Of a stretch of 64,000 nucleotides of DNA, positions 37,198 to 48,590 are shown one piece after another. The position numbers were made by a program, and so were the translations under genes. The DNA is from Eledone cirrhosa (lineage: Eukaryota): positions 199,888,001 through 199,952,000 of the forward strand of contig OZ024741.1 of NCBI GenBank assembly GCA_964016885.1, read 5' to 3'. The first letter of the stretch is position 1; each line of letters begins with the position of its first letter. The notes below the pieces were generated by a model. The model had not been told where the DNA came from. It did not search any database and saw only the letters and a program-made list of their open reading frames with translations.

Positions 37198-40100
37198 GTA
37201 AGTTGATCATTTTTGAAAACCAATGACGGCAACAATATGTTCACTCTATTGTCCTAAGAAAGAAAGGACACATTGGGAGATGTATCCAAGTAATCTCAGA
37301 ACAAATCCCCAAAACGGAAATGTGATGGTCATGGTTAGACTGCCTTTGATCTGCTATCTGTTTTTTAGGGCCAAAATACTAAAGAGACTACCACGAAATA
37401 ATAAAGGTTTCTACCCCAATCACAGGGCCAGCAACCACCCAGAGCAAGAAAGTAAACTAGTACGAGAATATAATTCAGGGTCCCGCAAAAAAATACTCGT
37501 GCTAACTCTAAGGGTACCGCCATGAAACAAAAAGTCTTATACAAGCTACATGAAAGATCGTACGAAGTAAAAGTAAAGAACGGAAAATTAATACAGAAAC
37601 ACCCCCCCCCCCCCCAAAAAAAAGGGGAAAAGAGGAAAGAAATACTGGATAAACGAGAAATTAAAGCAAAGATGCCACTAAGAAATATAGAAGGCACGGA
37701 AAAAAGGGACAGCGGTCGGAGAAGGGGGCAAGTATCCGAAGTCTAACACCTCTGCTATAAAAAGCGGAGTCAGCCAAATCTATCATAGAATAGGGGAGGG
37801 GGTTGGTGGTGCTGAAGCTACAAGGGACCGAGGGGCTACCTCGGGTGGGCGAGAAAAAGACGACGACAAAGAAAGGGAACTGGGGTAGAAGGACTAGGGA
37901 GGGATGGGGGGAAGGAGGAAATATAGAGGAAGCGATAAAAAATGTAAAAGAAGATCTTACGTCTCCATTGGCAAGCAGGGGTTACCCCTTACAAAATAGG
38001 CAAGTGGGGTGTTATAGCCCTAGTCTACCCCCCCCCCCCCCCCTCCCCCGGGTCATTATGGGGTTTGAGGGCGGGTAAGTCCTACGTAATCGGTGTTTAC
38101 ATGCAGTAACCAGTTCATCTTTCTTGTTTAGGAGTTGGTCCGTCGAAAACAGCATTTGTAAAGTTTCCTCCGAGCATAAATTGCACGGACGGCGTCCTCC
38201 CGTGTAAGAGTTGGCTCTGGACAGTAATTTCCAAGTGAGATCATAGTTGATGTTGTTGTCCTTGAGGTCCCATATGTGGCCCGAAAGTGTAGTGGCGTGA
38301 CGCCGGGCCGAGTTTCGGAAGGTATGTCTATGTTGGTATAGCCGTGTCTTGAAGTCACATGCGGTTAATCCTATATAAGCTTTGTTGGAGGTGTCCGTGC
38401 TCACGTTGCACATTACGGTCTCTGCATCTGTTGTCGAGGGGGCAACTGGATCTATCAGGACAGTTGCACCTCCTGGTCGGCTCTCCATTGCTATTTAGGT
38501 TGTTTCTTCCATCGGGGTTGAGTTTTTTGTTGTTGGAGGAGACGATGTTTTGTGCGAAGTTAGGTGTAGTGCTGTAAGAGAGTTTGATGGTATTTTTGTT
38601 AATTATGTTGTGGTAGCGGTGTTGTGGTGGGAAGTGTTTTTCAATGAGCCTAAAGAAAATTTTCCCGATGGGAGTTGTCACCTCGGCGTTGTGGGGAGGA
38701 TTGAACCATGTTACATTGCGTGAGCGGCGGTGTCGCCTGCTGGTTCCGCTAATGGGAGCTGGACAGTAGGATATTTCCTCCCGGAAGCCACTCCGCTTGA
38801 GGGCCTGGTTGTAGTAAGGCGCATGTTCATCGAATATCTTCTCATTGGCTGACAAACGGGATATGCGGAGGGAGATGTTTTTGACCAGGTTGTTGGTGAT
38901 GTTCCTAGGATGGTTAGATCGGCGGTGGATGTAGTGCAGGTTGTCATTGGGTTTCCTGTATGGGTAGTACAGGTCATTATTGAGATCGAGGGTAACGTCC
39001 AGGAAATTAACTCGGGTCAGGGACATTTGTAGGGTTATTTTAAATCCCCAGTCGCGGAAGAAGCTGATTAATTGTTTACGGACCCGATCTGTACTACTGG
39101 GGTTGTACCCTTTAAGGGTAAGGAGTCCATCATCACGGTACAATCCACCACCGAAAGCAGGAAACATATCGGTGAGTTTGGCTATTAGGAATAATCCTAT
39201 AAGATCTGTGACCTCCGCCGAATCCGTAGCGCCCATGCTGACGTCGAAGGGGGAGGCGGGAGCTCTTTTTATCCATTTGGAGTTGTCGAAGAGTAAGACT
39301 GTCTTCCTGGCGTGGAGGATGATTTTTCTTTCCTGGTCGGTGATGGGCACGAGTGCTTCGGCGAAGTCCAAGGTAGCCGTAAGTAGCGGTAAGTAGCGGT
39401 AAGGTAATTGAAGCATAGTAACTCTCTATGTCAAACTGGATAAATTTAGTGTCTCATTTATCCTCCATATTGCTGAACCATGAGATAACTTCCTGGGTGT
39501 TGATCCATAGGCTAAGTTGGGCGTGTTGCTTAACTTTTGGTATCACGCGGTCTAGGATTTTTTTGCTGATTCTCCCTATGTCGGACTTCGTTGGGTTTAT
39601 AAGCCTGATAGATGGTTTACGGTTGAAATCGGATTTGTGGTCCTTCAGTGTGAAGTAGGGTGTCCGTGGGTCTAAGGGTTCGGTGCGGTCGGCGACCCCG
39701 AGGCTGGAGGTAATTTGTTGTCCATCTCGATTAATGTCCTCGATGCATGAGTGGTTAGCCTTTTTATAGGTGGAGTTTAGGCTGCTCCTGATCAGTGTGT
39801 GGTATCTGTTGGGGTTGACAAAGTATAGGTTCCCAGTTTTATCCGAATGCACCATGATGTCATTGGTATTATCATACTCTGTTAAGTTGCTACGGAGTTT
39901 TTGTAGGAATCGGTTGTGTCTGGGTTTGAATTTAAGGTTCTTGACCAGTTGGAAGAGGTCATTCTCGAAGGGTGAGAGCAAAGGGTTCGGGGGGGGGGGG
40001 GAGATTTGTAGGTAATAAATTCGAATCTCTCCTTGGTACCGAAGTCCTGATTGTCACAAAATCTGTCGTAGAAAAAAGTTCTCCATCTAAGTCTTTTCGC

Positions 40101-40381
40101 AAATAGATCGATTTTTTGCGTGAGCATCCGAAGGTAAAGTTTTTTCGGTGGGATTGGGATGTTCTTGGTAGAGAAGTCAATGTTGTGTTTTCGCATGGTG
40201 CGGGTGAAACAAATTGAGCTTAGCAGAAAAGTCTGGATACGGCGTGGTAGGGTCGGAAAGTGCTCTACTCCGGGGATAGGAGCTAGATAACGAAGGAAAT
40301 GTGGTAAGGAACCAGGTGGACCATAACGCACCAAAGTACTCAATACTTAGGGTAGTAGAGTGGGTAATAGGGACAAGTAAG

Positions 40382-40475
40382 ACCCCGACGGCTGAGCTCA
40401 AGCCGTTTCGACGGCTAATTCTGGACTGAATGAAAATTTATTCTGGTATTTAAATAGCCAAGCTTATCAAGGGGT
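40382..40475 (-). ncRNA. Hammerhead ribozyme (type I, U3-A8 core variant) in the PLE 5' pseudo-LTR
   Basis: Minus strand ACCCC-TTGATAA-G..stem II..C-GAAA-CGGCT-TGAGCTC-AGCCG-TC-GGGGT. Confidence 0.8.
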
Positions 40476-41445
40476 AATTCCATATATGGTCAAAGAGATA
40501 ATCGCCAGGATTGGTCACATCACAAGTTAGTAGTAAATCTGTGATGGCAAATTGGTGGGGAAGGGGTAGCTGAACCTGCCGATAGGAGAAAAGGGGAGAG
40601 GGGGTGGAGTAGACCCATTCATGCGTTGGTAGTGCCGGCTACAGCTGGGTGTGAGGTCAAAGAAGATACTGGGGGGGGGGGGGTGTTTCTGTATTAATTT
40701 TCCGTTCTTTACTTTTACTTCGTACGATCTTTCATGTAGCTTGTATAAGACTTTTTGTTTCGTGGCGGTACCCTTAGAGTTAGCACGAGTATTTTTTTGC
40801 GGGACCCTGAATTATATTCTCGTACTAGTTTACTTTCTTGCTCTGGGTGGTTGCTGGCCCTGTGATTGGGGTAGAAACCTTTATTATTTCGTGGTAGTCT
40901 CTTTAGTATTTTGGCCCCCCCTTTGTTGACCCGTCACCGTACGATACACGCACTTATACCTCGTATAAGGGTCCCTTTATTTCCGTTCCACCTAGTTTAT
41001 TTTTATTTATTTTTTATTCTTCATTATATATATATATATATATATTTTTTTTTTTATTTATCTATTCTTTCACTTATTTGTTTATTTATTTATTTATGTA
41101 TTTCTTTAGCCTAGCAATAGCGAGAGACTTAAGTCTTAGTAACCAGACTTTGCTTTTTTTTTTTTTTTTTCTTTTTTCTCTCTCTCAGTACTTTTTATAG
41201 TTTTATCCTTCATTGTTCTACTTACCGTTTCGACTTCCTCTCCCTCCCCAGTATCTTCTTTGACCTCACACCCAGCTGTAGCCGGCACTACCAACGCATG
41301 AATGGATCTACACCACCTCCTCCACCTTTTTCTCCTACCGGCAGGTTCAGCTACCCCTTCCCCCACCAATTTGCCATCACAGATTTACTAGTAACTTGTG
41401 ATGTGACCAATCCTGGTGATTATCTCTTTGACCATATATGGAATT

Positions 41446-41539
41446 ACCCCTTGATAAGCTCGGCTATTTCAATACCAGAATAAATTTTCATTCAGTCCAG
41501 AATTAGCCGTCGAAACGGCTTGAGCTCAGCCGTCGGGGT
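41446..41539 (+). ncRNA. Hammerhead ribozyme (type I, U3-A8 core variant), inverted copy on the Rel sense strand
   Basis: Stem I ACCCC/GGGGT, core TTGATAA 41451-41457, stem II G-C plus CGGCTA/TAGCCG, GAAA 41512-41515, stem III CGGCT/AGCCG. GUC triplet, predicted cleavage after 41534. Confidence 0.82.
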
Positions 41540-41549
41540 CTTACTTGTT

Positions 41550-41614
<65 letters not shown>

Positions 41615-41855
41615 ACAATAATAAGAGCTGTGTCAGTCCATCCATCACGCTCTCTATATAGAAGGAAGGAAATATTACTCCACCAAAATCCTATTGTGTT
41701 AAAAATAACAATTACACTAGAAGCAAATTATTCATTAAAATAGACACCAAATACATTAATACATTAAATGCTGATTTACGAACGTTTCATTCCCTTTCTG
41801 GGACTTTTCAAAACCAGTTATCTAATAATAAAGTCTCATTATAATATCACCAAAG

Positions 41856-41982
41856 GCGGTGGATTGGCAGTATCGGTAGAGGGTCGGACACCAACCTTTG
41901 ACACATAGAGTTACGGCCCTTTCCATTCTGAGTTCAAATGCACTGGGTAATTGCTGGCCTTGTGCCAAAAAAAGTAGAAACG
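41856..41982 (+). mobile_element. SINE family A, internally deleted, 18-bp TSD
   Basis: TSD ATTATAATATCACCAAAG at 41838-41855 and 41983-42000. Confidence 0.85.
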
Positions 41983-43069
41983 ATTATAATATCACCAAAG
42001 CAATCGGCAGTCAGCAGCTAAAGAAATTGTTTACATTTAAAAAAATTTCGAAATGATGCCATTCTGTATGGAAAAGCTATGTTGTTTGATGTTATATTTC
42101 TGTAGTTGAACAACATAGCTTTTCCATACAGAATGGCGTCATTTCGAATCTTTTTAAAATGTAAACAATTTCTTTAGCTGCTGACTGCCGATTGCTTTGG
42201 TGATATTATAATTGTTTATAATATTGTAAAGGGGACGTGTAGGCGCCACGGAAAAAAGCACCCAGCACTCACTGTAAATGAGGTTGGTGTTAGGAAGGGC
42301 ATCCGGCTGTAGAAATCAAGCCAGAATCAGTTCCTGTATGAGCAAGGCATGGTCAGCCGACCAGACACTGCCCACAACAGGACAACCCGTCTAACCCATG
42401 TTAGCAAGGAAGAACGGACGTAAAACGGTGATGATGATGATATATATATTCAGGTTTGAAGGTTCACCACTGGATAGAGCTGTAAAATTTTCAATTTTCT
42501 AATTTCTTTAATTTTATAATGTTAATATTAAATATAAAATTTTTGTAACTTCATCCTATAAATCTAAACAAAAATTTAACGTTCAATCTTCTGCTCACAC
42601 ATTATAACATGCAGACCCCCACTATATTTACCTCTGTTATAATATATACCTCTGTTAAGATACGGGTCCTTTAGAATAAATTTTTTTTTTCGTGCCATTC
42701 CTGGCCTGACTAGCTTGACATTAGTACGGACTTTTCTTCCTCTTTCTTTCTGTCTTTCTTCTTGTAGCTCGACATTAACGCTGACTTTTCTTCTTCTTCC
42801 TTTTCTTCCCCCTTTTTTCTGTCTTTTTTCGTGTAGCATGACATTATCGCTAACTTATCTTCCTCTCTCTTACTATTTGACCGGGAGGGTAGTGGCATAC
42901 TATAAGTTTAACCCCCCCCCCCCCTCACCAGATGGCCTCAAGTAGACCGAATAGCCAGCCCTTGAGGGTGACTGGCTAAAGTGGAAGATGCTAGATGGTC
43001 GGTCGTCCTACGGTCTTTGATTTTCAGCCCCTTGGATTTTATCTATTACATTCATTTATTGTATTTCGA

Positions 43070-43127
43070 ATACCTGATGATATCACCGGATTCATACGGA
43101 ACCCGGTCATTGAAATGATCATAGTAT
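43070..43127 (+). ncRNA. Type I hammerhead ribozyme motif with palindromic stem III (PLE/retrozyme-type)
   Basis: ATAC-CTGATGA-stem II (ACCGG/CCGGT, TTC/GAA)-GAAA-TGATCA-TA-GTAT, followed by AATAAA. Confidence 0.72.
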
Positions 43128-43178
43128 AATAAACCTTTCAAGTCCAGCCTCCTGTCATTTTATTATTATTATTAGAAA

Positions 43179-43363
43179 GGGCGGTGGATTGGCAGTATCG
43201 GTAGAGGGTCGAACGCCATACTTTCCAGCATAGTTACGTCCCTTTACGATCTGAGTTCAAATCCCGCCGAGGTTGACTTTGCCTTTCATCCTTACGGGGT
43301 CGATAAAATAAAGTACCAGTAATGCACTGGATAATTGCTGGCCTTGTGCCTAAAGTAGAAACA
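43179..43363 (+). mobile_element. SINE family A, full length, TSD ATTATTATTAGAAA
   Basis: Consensus match. TSD at 43165-43178 and 43364-43377. Confidence 0.9.
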
Positions 43364-43374
43364 ATTATTATTAG

Positions 43375-45895
43375 AAACCTGCCAATCACCTAATAACCTA
43401 CCAATCACCTAATAACCTACAAATCTGGTGAGCACATAAGCCAGATTGACTTCTTGCTAGTTAGGCAGCGGGACAGGCAGATAGTGTCTAATACCAAGGC
43501 ATACCCTGGGGAAGAATGTACCCCACAGCATAGGTTAGTTGTTAGTGATATCTCAGTAAGCAAGAGATGGAATGAGACATATAGGAAGGTGTGGAGAAGA
43601 AAGGTCTGGAAGCTAAAAGACCTTTCACTAAAATACAAATTTAGGAAAGCCCTTCAAGATGTATATGACGAAAAAGAAGACGATTTAGAGACGTATGACA
43701 TAGATAATAACTGGAATTTCTTATGTGACAACTTGCTGCAGGCTACTGATGAAATCTGTGGCTGGAGCAGAGCTCCAACCAGACAGAGAGTGACCTGGTG
43801 GTGGAACAGCACAGTAGATAAGGCTATTAGAGACAAAAGACTAGCATGGAAGGCTTGGAAAAAGGGTGGGAGTAGGGAAGAATATACAGCCACTAAGAGA
43901 GAAGCTAGACGTCAGGTGTACTTAGCACGCAGGGAAGCAGAGAGTAGGAGGTTTGCCAATGTTCTGCGACGGGAAGATCAGAGGCGTGCGGTGTTCCACA
44001 TTACAAGGCAGTGTGTCAATGCAAATCAGGATGTTGTTGGAAATAAATGTGTCCGGGATGATGCCGGTGTACTTAGTGTCACGAATAATCAGAAAAAGGA
44101 GGCCTGGAAATGTCATTATGAGAGACTGATGAATGTGGAGAACGAATGGGAGAGAGAGAAATTACCCTTGGTAGATCCGACAGAGGGACCAGCTATTGAG
44201 ATTGACGAATATAGGGTCCAAGAGGCGATTAGGGAAATGAAAAATGGTAAGGCGGCCGGACCATCGGGAATAGTTGCTGAGATGCTGAAGGCATCAGGGG
44301 ACGTAGGCACTAAACTAGTTGCACGCATCATCAATCAGGCTATATATGGTGGTGTCATACCCAAAGACTGGTGCAGCAGTATTCTCATAAATTGCTACAA
44401 AGGTAAAGGGGATGCTTTGGAGAAGAGCAATTATAGGGGTATAAAACTGATAGATCAGGTTATGAAAGTGGCAGAAAGGATTTTAGCACAACTAATTAGA
44501 GAAAGGGTCAAACTAGATGAGATGCAGTTTGGTTTTGTGCCTGGGAAGAGTACAATAGATGCCCTCTTCTTGGTGAGACAAATGCAAGAGAGGTTCTTAG
44601 AGAAGAATAAGCCACTATACTTAGCCTTTGTTGACCTAGAGAAGGCCTTTGATAGGGTACCCCGATCTGTCATCTGGTGGTCCCTAAGGAAGCTAGGTGT
44701 TGAGGAATGGCTTGTGAGGACAGTGCAAACTTTGTACAGAGGTACTCTCAGTAAAGTCAGGGTAGGAATGGAGTTTAGTGAGGAATTCCAGATACAAGTA
44801 GGAGTATATCAGGGTTCGGTCCTCAGCCCGCTCTTGTTCATTATAGTCCTCCAAGCCATAACAGAGGAGTTTAAGACTGGCTGTCCATGGGAACTTCTCT
44901 ATGCTGACGATCTGGTTCTTATAGCAGAATCAGTAGAGGAGCTAGAGAATAAATTCTGGCTATGGAAACAGCAGTTGGAAGCAAGAGGACTGAGAGTGAA
45001 TCTAGCTAAGACAAAAGTGTTGATGAGTAGAAAAGAGGACAAAACCCTGATTCCGTCAGGGAAATGGCCATGTTCGATATGCAGAAAAGGAACTGGCATA
45101 AATTCTATAAAATGCACACAATGCAGATCCTGAGTACACAAGAGATGTAGCGGGATAGCAGGCAAACTAACAGGTAGGGAGAAATATGTATGCAGTAGAT
45201 GTACAGGGAAATTAGACAGTAGAAGTCGCACTGATAGACACATTTTTCAAATGCAAGAGGGCGCTATAGAAGTGGTGGATAGCTTCCGGTACCTAGGAGA
45301 TCAGATTAGCATGGGAGGAGGGTGTTCCGAGGCCATAGTATCTAGAATAAGGACGGGTTGGAAGAAGTTTAGGGAGCTGCTTCCTCTGTTGACGAAGAAG
45401 GGTTTCTCCCTGCGTACGAAAGGCCGGTTGTATGATGCCTGTGTGAGGAGCGTGATGCTGCATGGTAGTGAGACATGGGCAGCAACTGCAGAGGATATGC
45501 GACGGCTGGAGAGAAATGAGGCAAGCATGCTCCGTTGGATGTGCAGTGTAAATGTGCGTGAACGACCCAGCATAAATGTGTTGAGAGAGAAACTGTGTCT
45601 GAGAGGGATAGAATGTAGTGTACGGGAGAGGAGACTGAGGTGGTATGGACATGTGATGCGCATGGAGGATGACCGATGGGTGAAGAAGTGCCAGGAAATG
45701 CCAGTTGAAGGAAGACGTGGTAGAGGTAGACCACGAAAAATATGGGCGGAGGTGGTGAGAACAGACCTCAGATCATTGAAGCTCACGGTGGAGATGACGA
45801 GGGACCGTGACGAGTGGAGAGATGCTGTGCTGAATAAGACCCGTCCCACCCTTGCAAGCAGGGAAAAGCGGACGTAAAATGATGATGATGATGAT
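43375..45895 (+). mobile_element. Young 5'-truncated RTE LINE (second subfamily) with a single in-frame stop
   Basis: ORFs 43454-45133 and 45251-45877 are in one frame, broken only by TGA at the Trp of CRS(W)VHKRC. (ATG)n tail. Confidence 0.97.
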
Positions 45896-46193
45896 ATATA
45901 TATATATGGAGGAGGTTATAGTTCACTTGAAGCATTGTGTAATGAGGTATAAACGTTTGTATATGTATAATAAAGCCAAAACAATGCAGGTATGGACATA
46001 GAATAAAGAACGTAAATGCAAAAGATATTGTTGACAATCTCGAAAATTTAGGACATTTAAATAAATCTAAGGTAAAAGACTAATTGTCAACAATATCTTT
46101 TGCATTTACATTCTTTATTCTATGTCCATACCTGCATTGTTTTGGATTTATTATACATATACAAACGTTTATATATATATATATATATATATA

Positions 46194-47483
46194 CGAGGGG
46201 GGATCAAAAAGTTTGCAGAATTTTATCGTAGTAAGAAAAAAGTAGGTTAAAACAATATTAAACATGTCACAACATTGTCATTGGGTGTTTACCTTGCTAT
46301 TAGTCACTTGCAGTCAGTCATGCGCGGACTATTGTACAGTACTGACACTCTTTAAAAAAAACTCTTTTTGGAACAATGGAAAATAGTTATTTTGAGATAA
46401 GATCGAATATCAAGTTTCTGGTGAAACTCAAATGGAAAGGGACACAGATTATGGAGGCTTTAGTTAAAGTTTACGGTACTACTGCTCCAAAGAAAACTGC
46501 TGTCTACAAGGGAGAGACGACCTTGAAGACAACCATCGCAGTTGAAGACTAGGAACATCAAAAAATGACCAAACGTTGAGGCTGCTCAGACTTTAATTGA
46601 AGAAGATCGAAGAATAACAGTTAATCAGTTAGCTAAGTCCCTAGACATTTCATATGGTTCGGCAAATTCAATTCTGCACGATAATTTGGGAGTAAGCAAG
46701 CTTTCAGTGCGATGGGTCTCAAAAGCGTTGCGCCCTGATCAGCTGATTCTTCGAAGTGATCTGTCTTTGGCGATATTAAACAAAATTGAAGTTGATGAAG
46801 AGCATTTTCTGACCAGAATCATCACCGGAGATGAAACCTGGATCTACCAGTATGATCCTGAATCCAAACAGCAGTCAAAACAGTGGCTTCCACGTGGATC
46901 ATCGGGGCCAATCAAGTTCAAATCTCAAAAGTCGGATAAAAAAGTGATGGCCACCATTTTCTGGGATTCAGATGGGGTGATACTAATAGATTATCTTGAA
47001 GGTCAAAGAACTGTGACAAGAGCTTACTATGCAAATGTTTTAAGGAAACTGAAAGAGGCATTAGTCAAGAAACGAAAAGGGAAACTTCATGGTGGGATCT
47101 TGTTTGACCATGACAATGCACCAGTGCATTCTGCGCGGGTTGCAAAAGAAGTTCTTCGAGAATTTCGATGGGAAGTGCTTCCTCACCCGCCTTATAGTCC
47201 AGATTTAGCCCCATCAGACTTTTTCCTCTTTCCAAAACTCAAAGAAATGCTAAAAGGAACCCGTTTTAGTGGTGTTGAAGAAGCTAAAAACACTGCCAAC
47301 ACATGGCTTCGAACAAGGCCTTCAACTTTCTTTAGAGACGGCTGACGGAGTTGGAAGCATCGCTTTGTGAAGTGTATTGACCTGGATGGCAACTATGTAG
47401 AAAAATAAATTGTAGGTAAATCATATTTTTTGAAAAATAGAATATTTTCTGAAAAATTCTGCGAACTTTTTGATGCCCCCTCG
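46194..47483 (+). mobile_element. Full-length mariner (DD34D; TIR resembles the irritans/Hsmar2 type) with a disrupted transposase
   Basis: TA|CGAGGGGGGATCAAAAAGTTTGCAGAATTTT ... AAAATTCTGCGAACTTTTTGATGCCCCCTCG|TA. Motifs ITGDETW, HDNAPVH and YSPDLAPSD with 34-aa D-D spacing. ATG ~46376. Confidence 0.97.
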
Positions 47484-47504
47484 TATGTATATATATATAT
47501 ATAT

Positions 47505-47842
47505 GGAGGCACATGGCTTAGTGGTTAGAGCATTGGCCTTGCAATCGAAAGGTTGTGAGTTCAATTCTCAGACCGGGTGATGTGTTGTTTCCTTGAGCAA
47601 GACGCTTTATTTCACATTGCTCCAGTTTACTCAGCTGTAGAAATGAGATGATAGGACTGGGGTCCATATCATTCCACTGCAAAGTGGTCGCGGAGGTGCC
47701 ACGGCAAAAAAGCACCCAGCCCACACTGTAAATGAGGTTGGTGTTAGGAAGGGCATCCAGCTGTAGAAATCAAGCCAGAATTGGTTCCCGTCCCACCCTT
47801 GCAAGCAGGGAAAAGCGGACGTAAAATGAGGATGATGATGAT
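47505..47842 (+). mobile_element. Composite SINE family B, full length
   Basis: tRNA-like head with A and B boxes, RTE-type tail and (ATG)n. Confidence 0.88.
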
Positions 47843-47849
47843 GATATAT

Positions 47850-48430
47850 ATGTACTTTTTTACTCTTTAACCTGTTCCAGACATTCAGCTGAGACCATGC
47901 TGGGGCATCGCCCTTGTTGGTTTTCTTTCTATTTCAAGCCTGTGTTGGCTGGCATTGATGTACGTGGGAGCTTGTTGCTGCTGTCCTTAGGTTACCTTCA
48001 TTCCATGCCGTGGGTTCATCTGGGATCCCAGATAGCAGAGTATCAAGATGTTTCCTGAAAACATCCATGTTTACACCTTGCAGATCTCTCAAGTCTCTTG
48101 GCAGCTTATTAAAGGGTTGGGGGCCCCTGAACCCCAGGCCACTGCAACATCTGCTCCTTACTCCAGATGTGAAAGATGGGACCTTCGGTACCACACAGTG
48201 ATGTCCTGTTTGAGGTTGGTCCAGCTCTCAATGCCAAAGTTTGGTGCTCGTTCCTCGAGGATCTTCCATATGTATATCACTACATACCGCTCCTGCCTTC
48301 ATTCCAAAGAGTAGGGTTTATTTTCTTTTAGCCTTGCCCAGTAGCTCATCTCCTTCATCATGGAAATCCTCTTGGTGTTGCTTCGTTGGATTGCTCTGTG
48401 GTTAGTTTGACACTATGGGGTGACCACAGC
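47850..48430 (-). mobile_element. CR1-like LINE 3' fragment
   Basis: RQERYVVIYIWKIL...GFRGPQPFNKLPRDLRDL..DVFRKHLDTLLSGIPDEP. Confidence 0.7.
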
Positions 48431-48590
48431 TGATATATAATTTATTATTTCCTTGTATTTTCTAATTATCAAAGCCCTTATATGAAAGTGTTTATCATTT
48501 TTAAAAATCTCTAATAGTGGCTAATCACATTTTGTTTATAAACATTTGTATGTGCTCTTTCTAATGTGTTTCAATTTTTTCTTATTTCAG

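Larger units (their letters stand above)
37222..41551 (-). mobile_element. Penelope-like retroelement, Naiad-type (RT + GIY-YIG), with inverted pseudo-LTR
   Basis: ORF from ATG 40196 (MRKHNIDFSTKNIPIPP..KRLRWRTFF) through SDKTG, FDIESYY, MGATDSAEV, YRDD, CNCPDRSSCPLDNRC, YIGLT and CNLC..LLNKKDE..CKH to ~38012. It has three frameshifts and one TGA. 40372-40672 recurs inverted at ~41245-41551, and 37369-37615 recurs inverted at ~40670-40915. Confidence 0.93.

Noticed and set aside
37734-37786. SECIS-like hairpin (ATGA...GGAT, minus strand) in the Naiad 3' region
   Set aside because: No apical AA and no helix I. Homologs at 35930-36135 lack the ATGA and look like CCAAT/TATA promoter units.
45131-45133. 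Programmed readthrough or Sec at the RTE TGA
   Set aside because: Other copies have TGG (Trp) here, so this is a simple nonsense mutation.
47505-47580. tRNA gene
   Set aside because: The A/B boxes belong to the SINE head. It continues into SINE body and tail, and no complete cloverleaf is evident.
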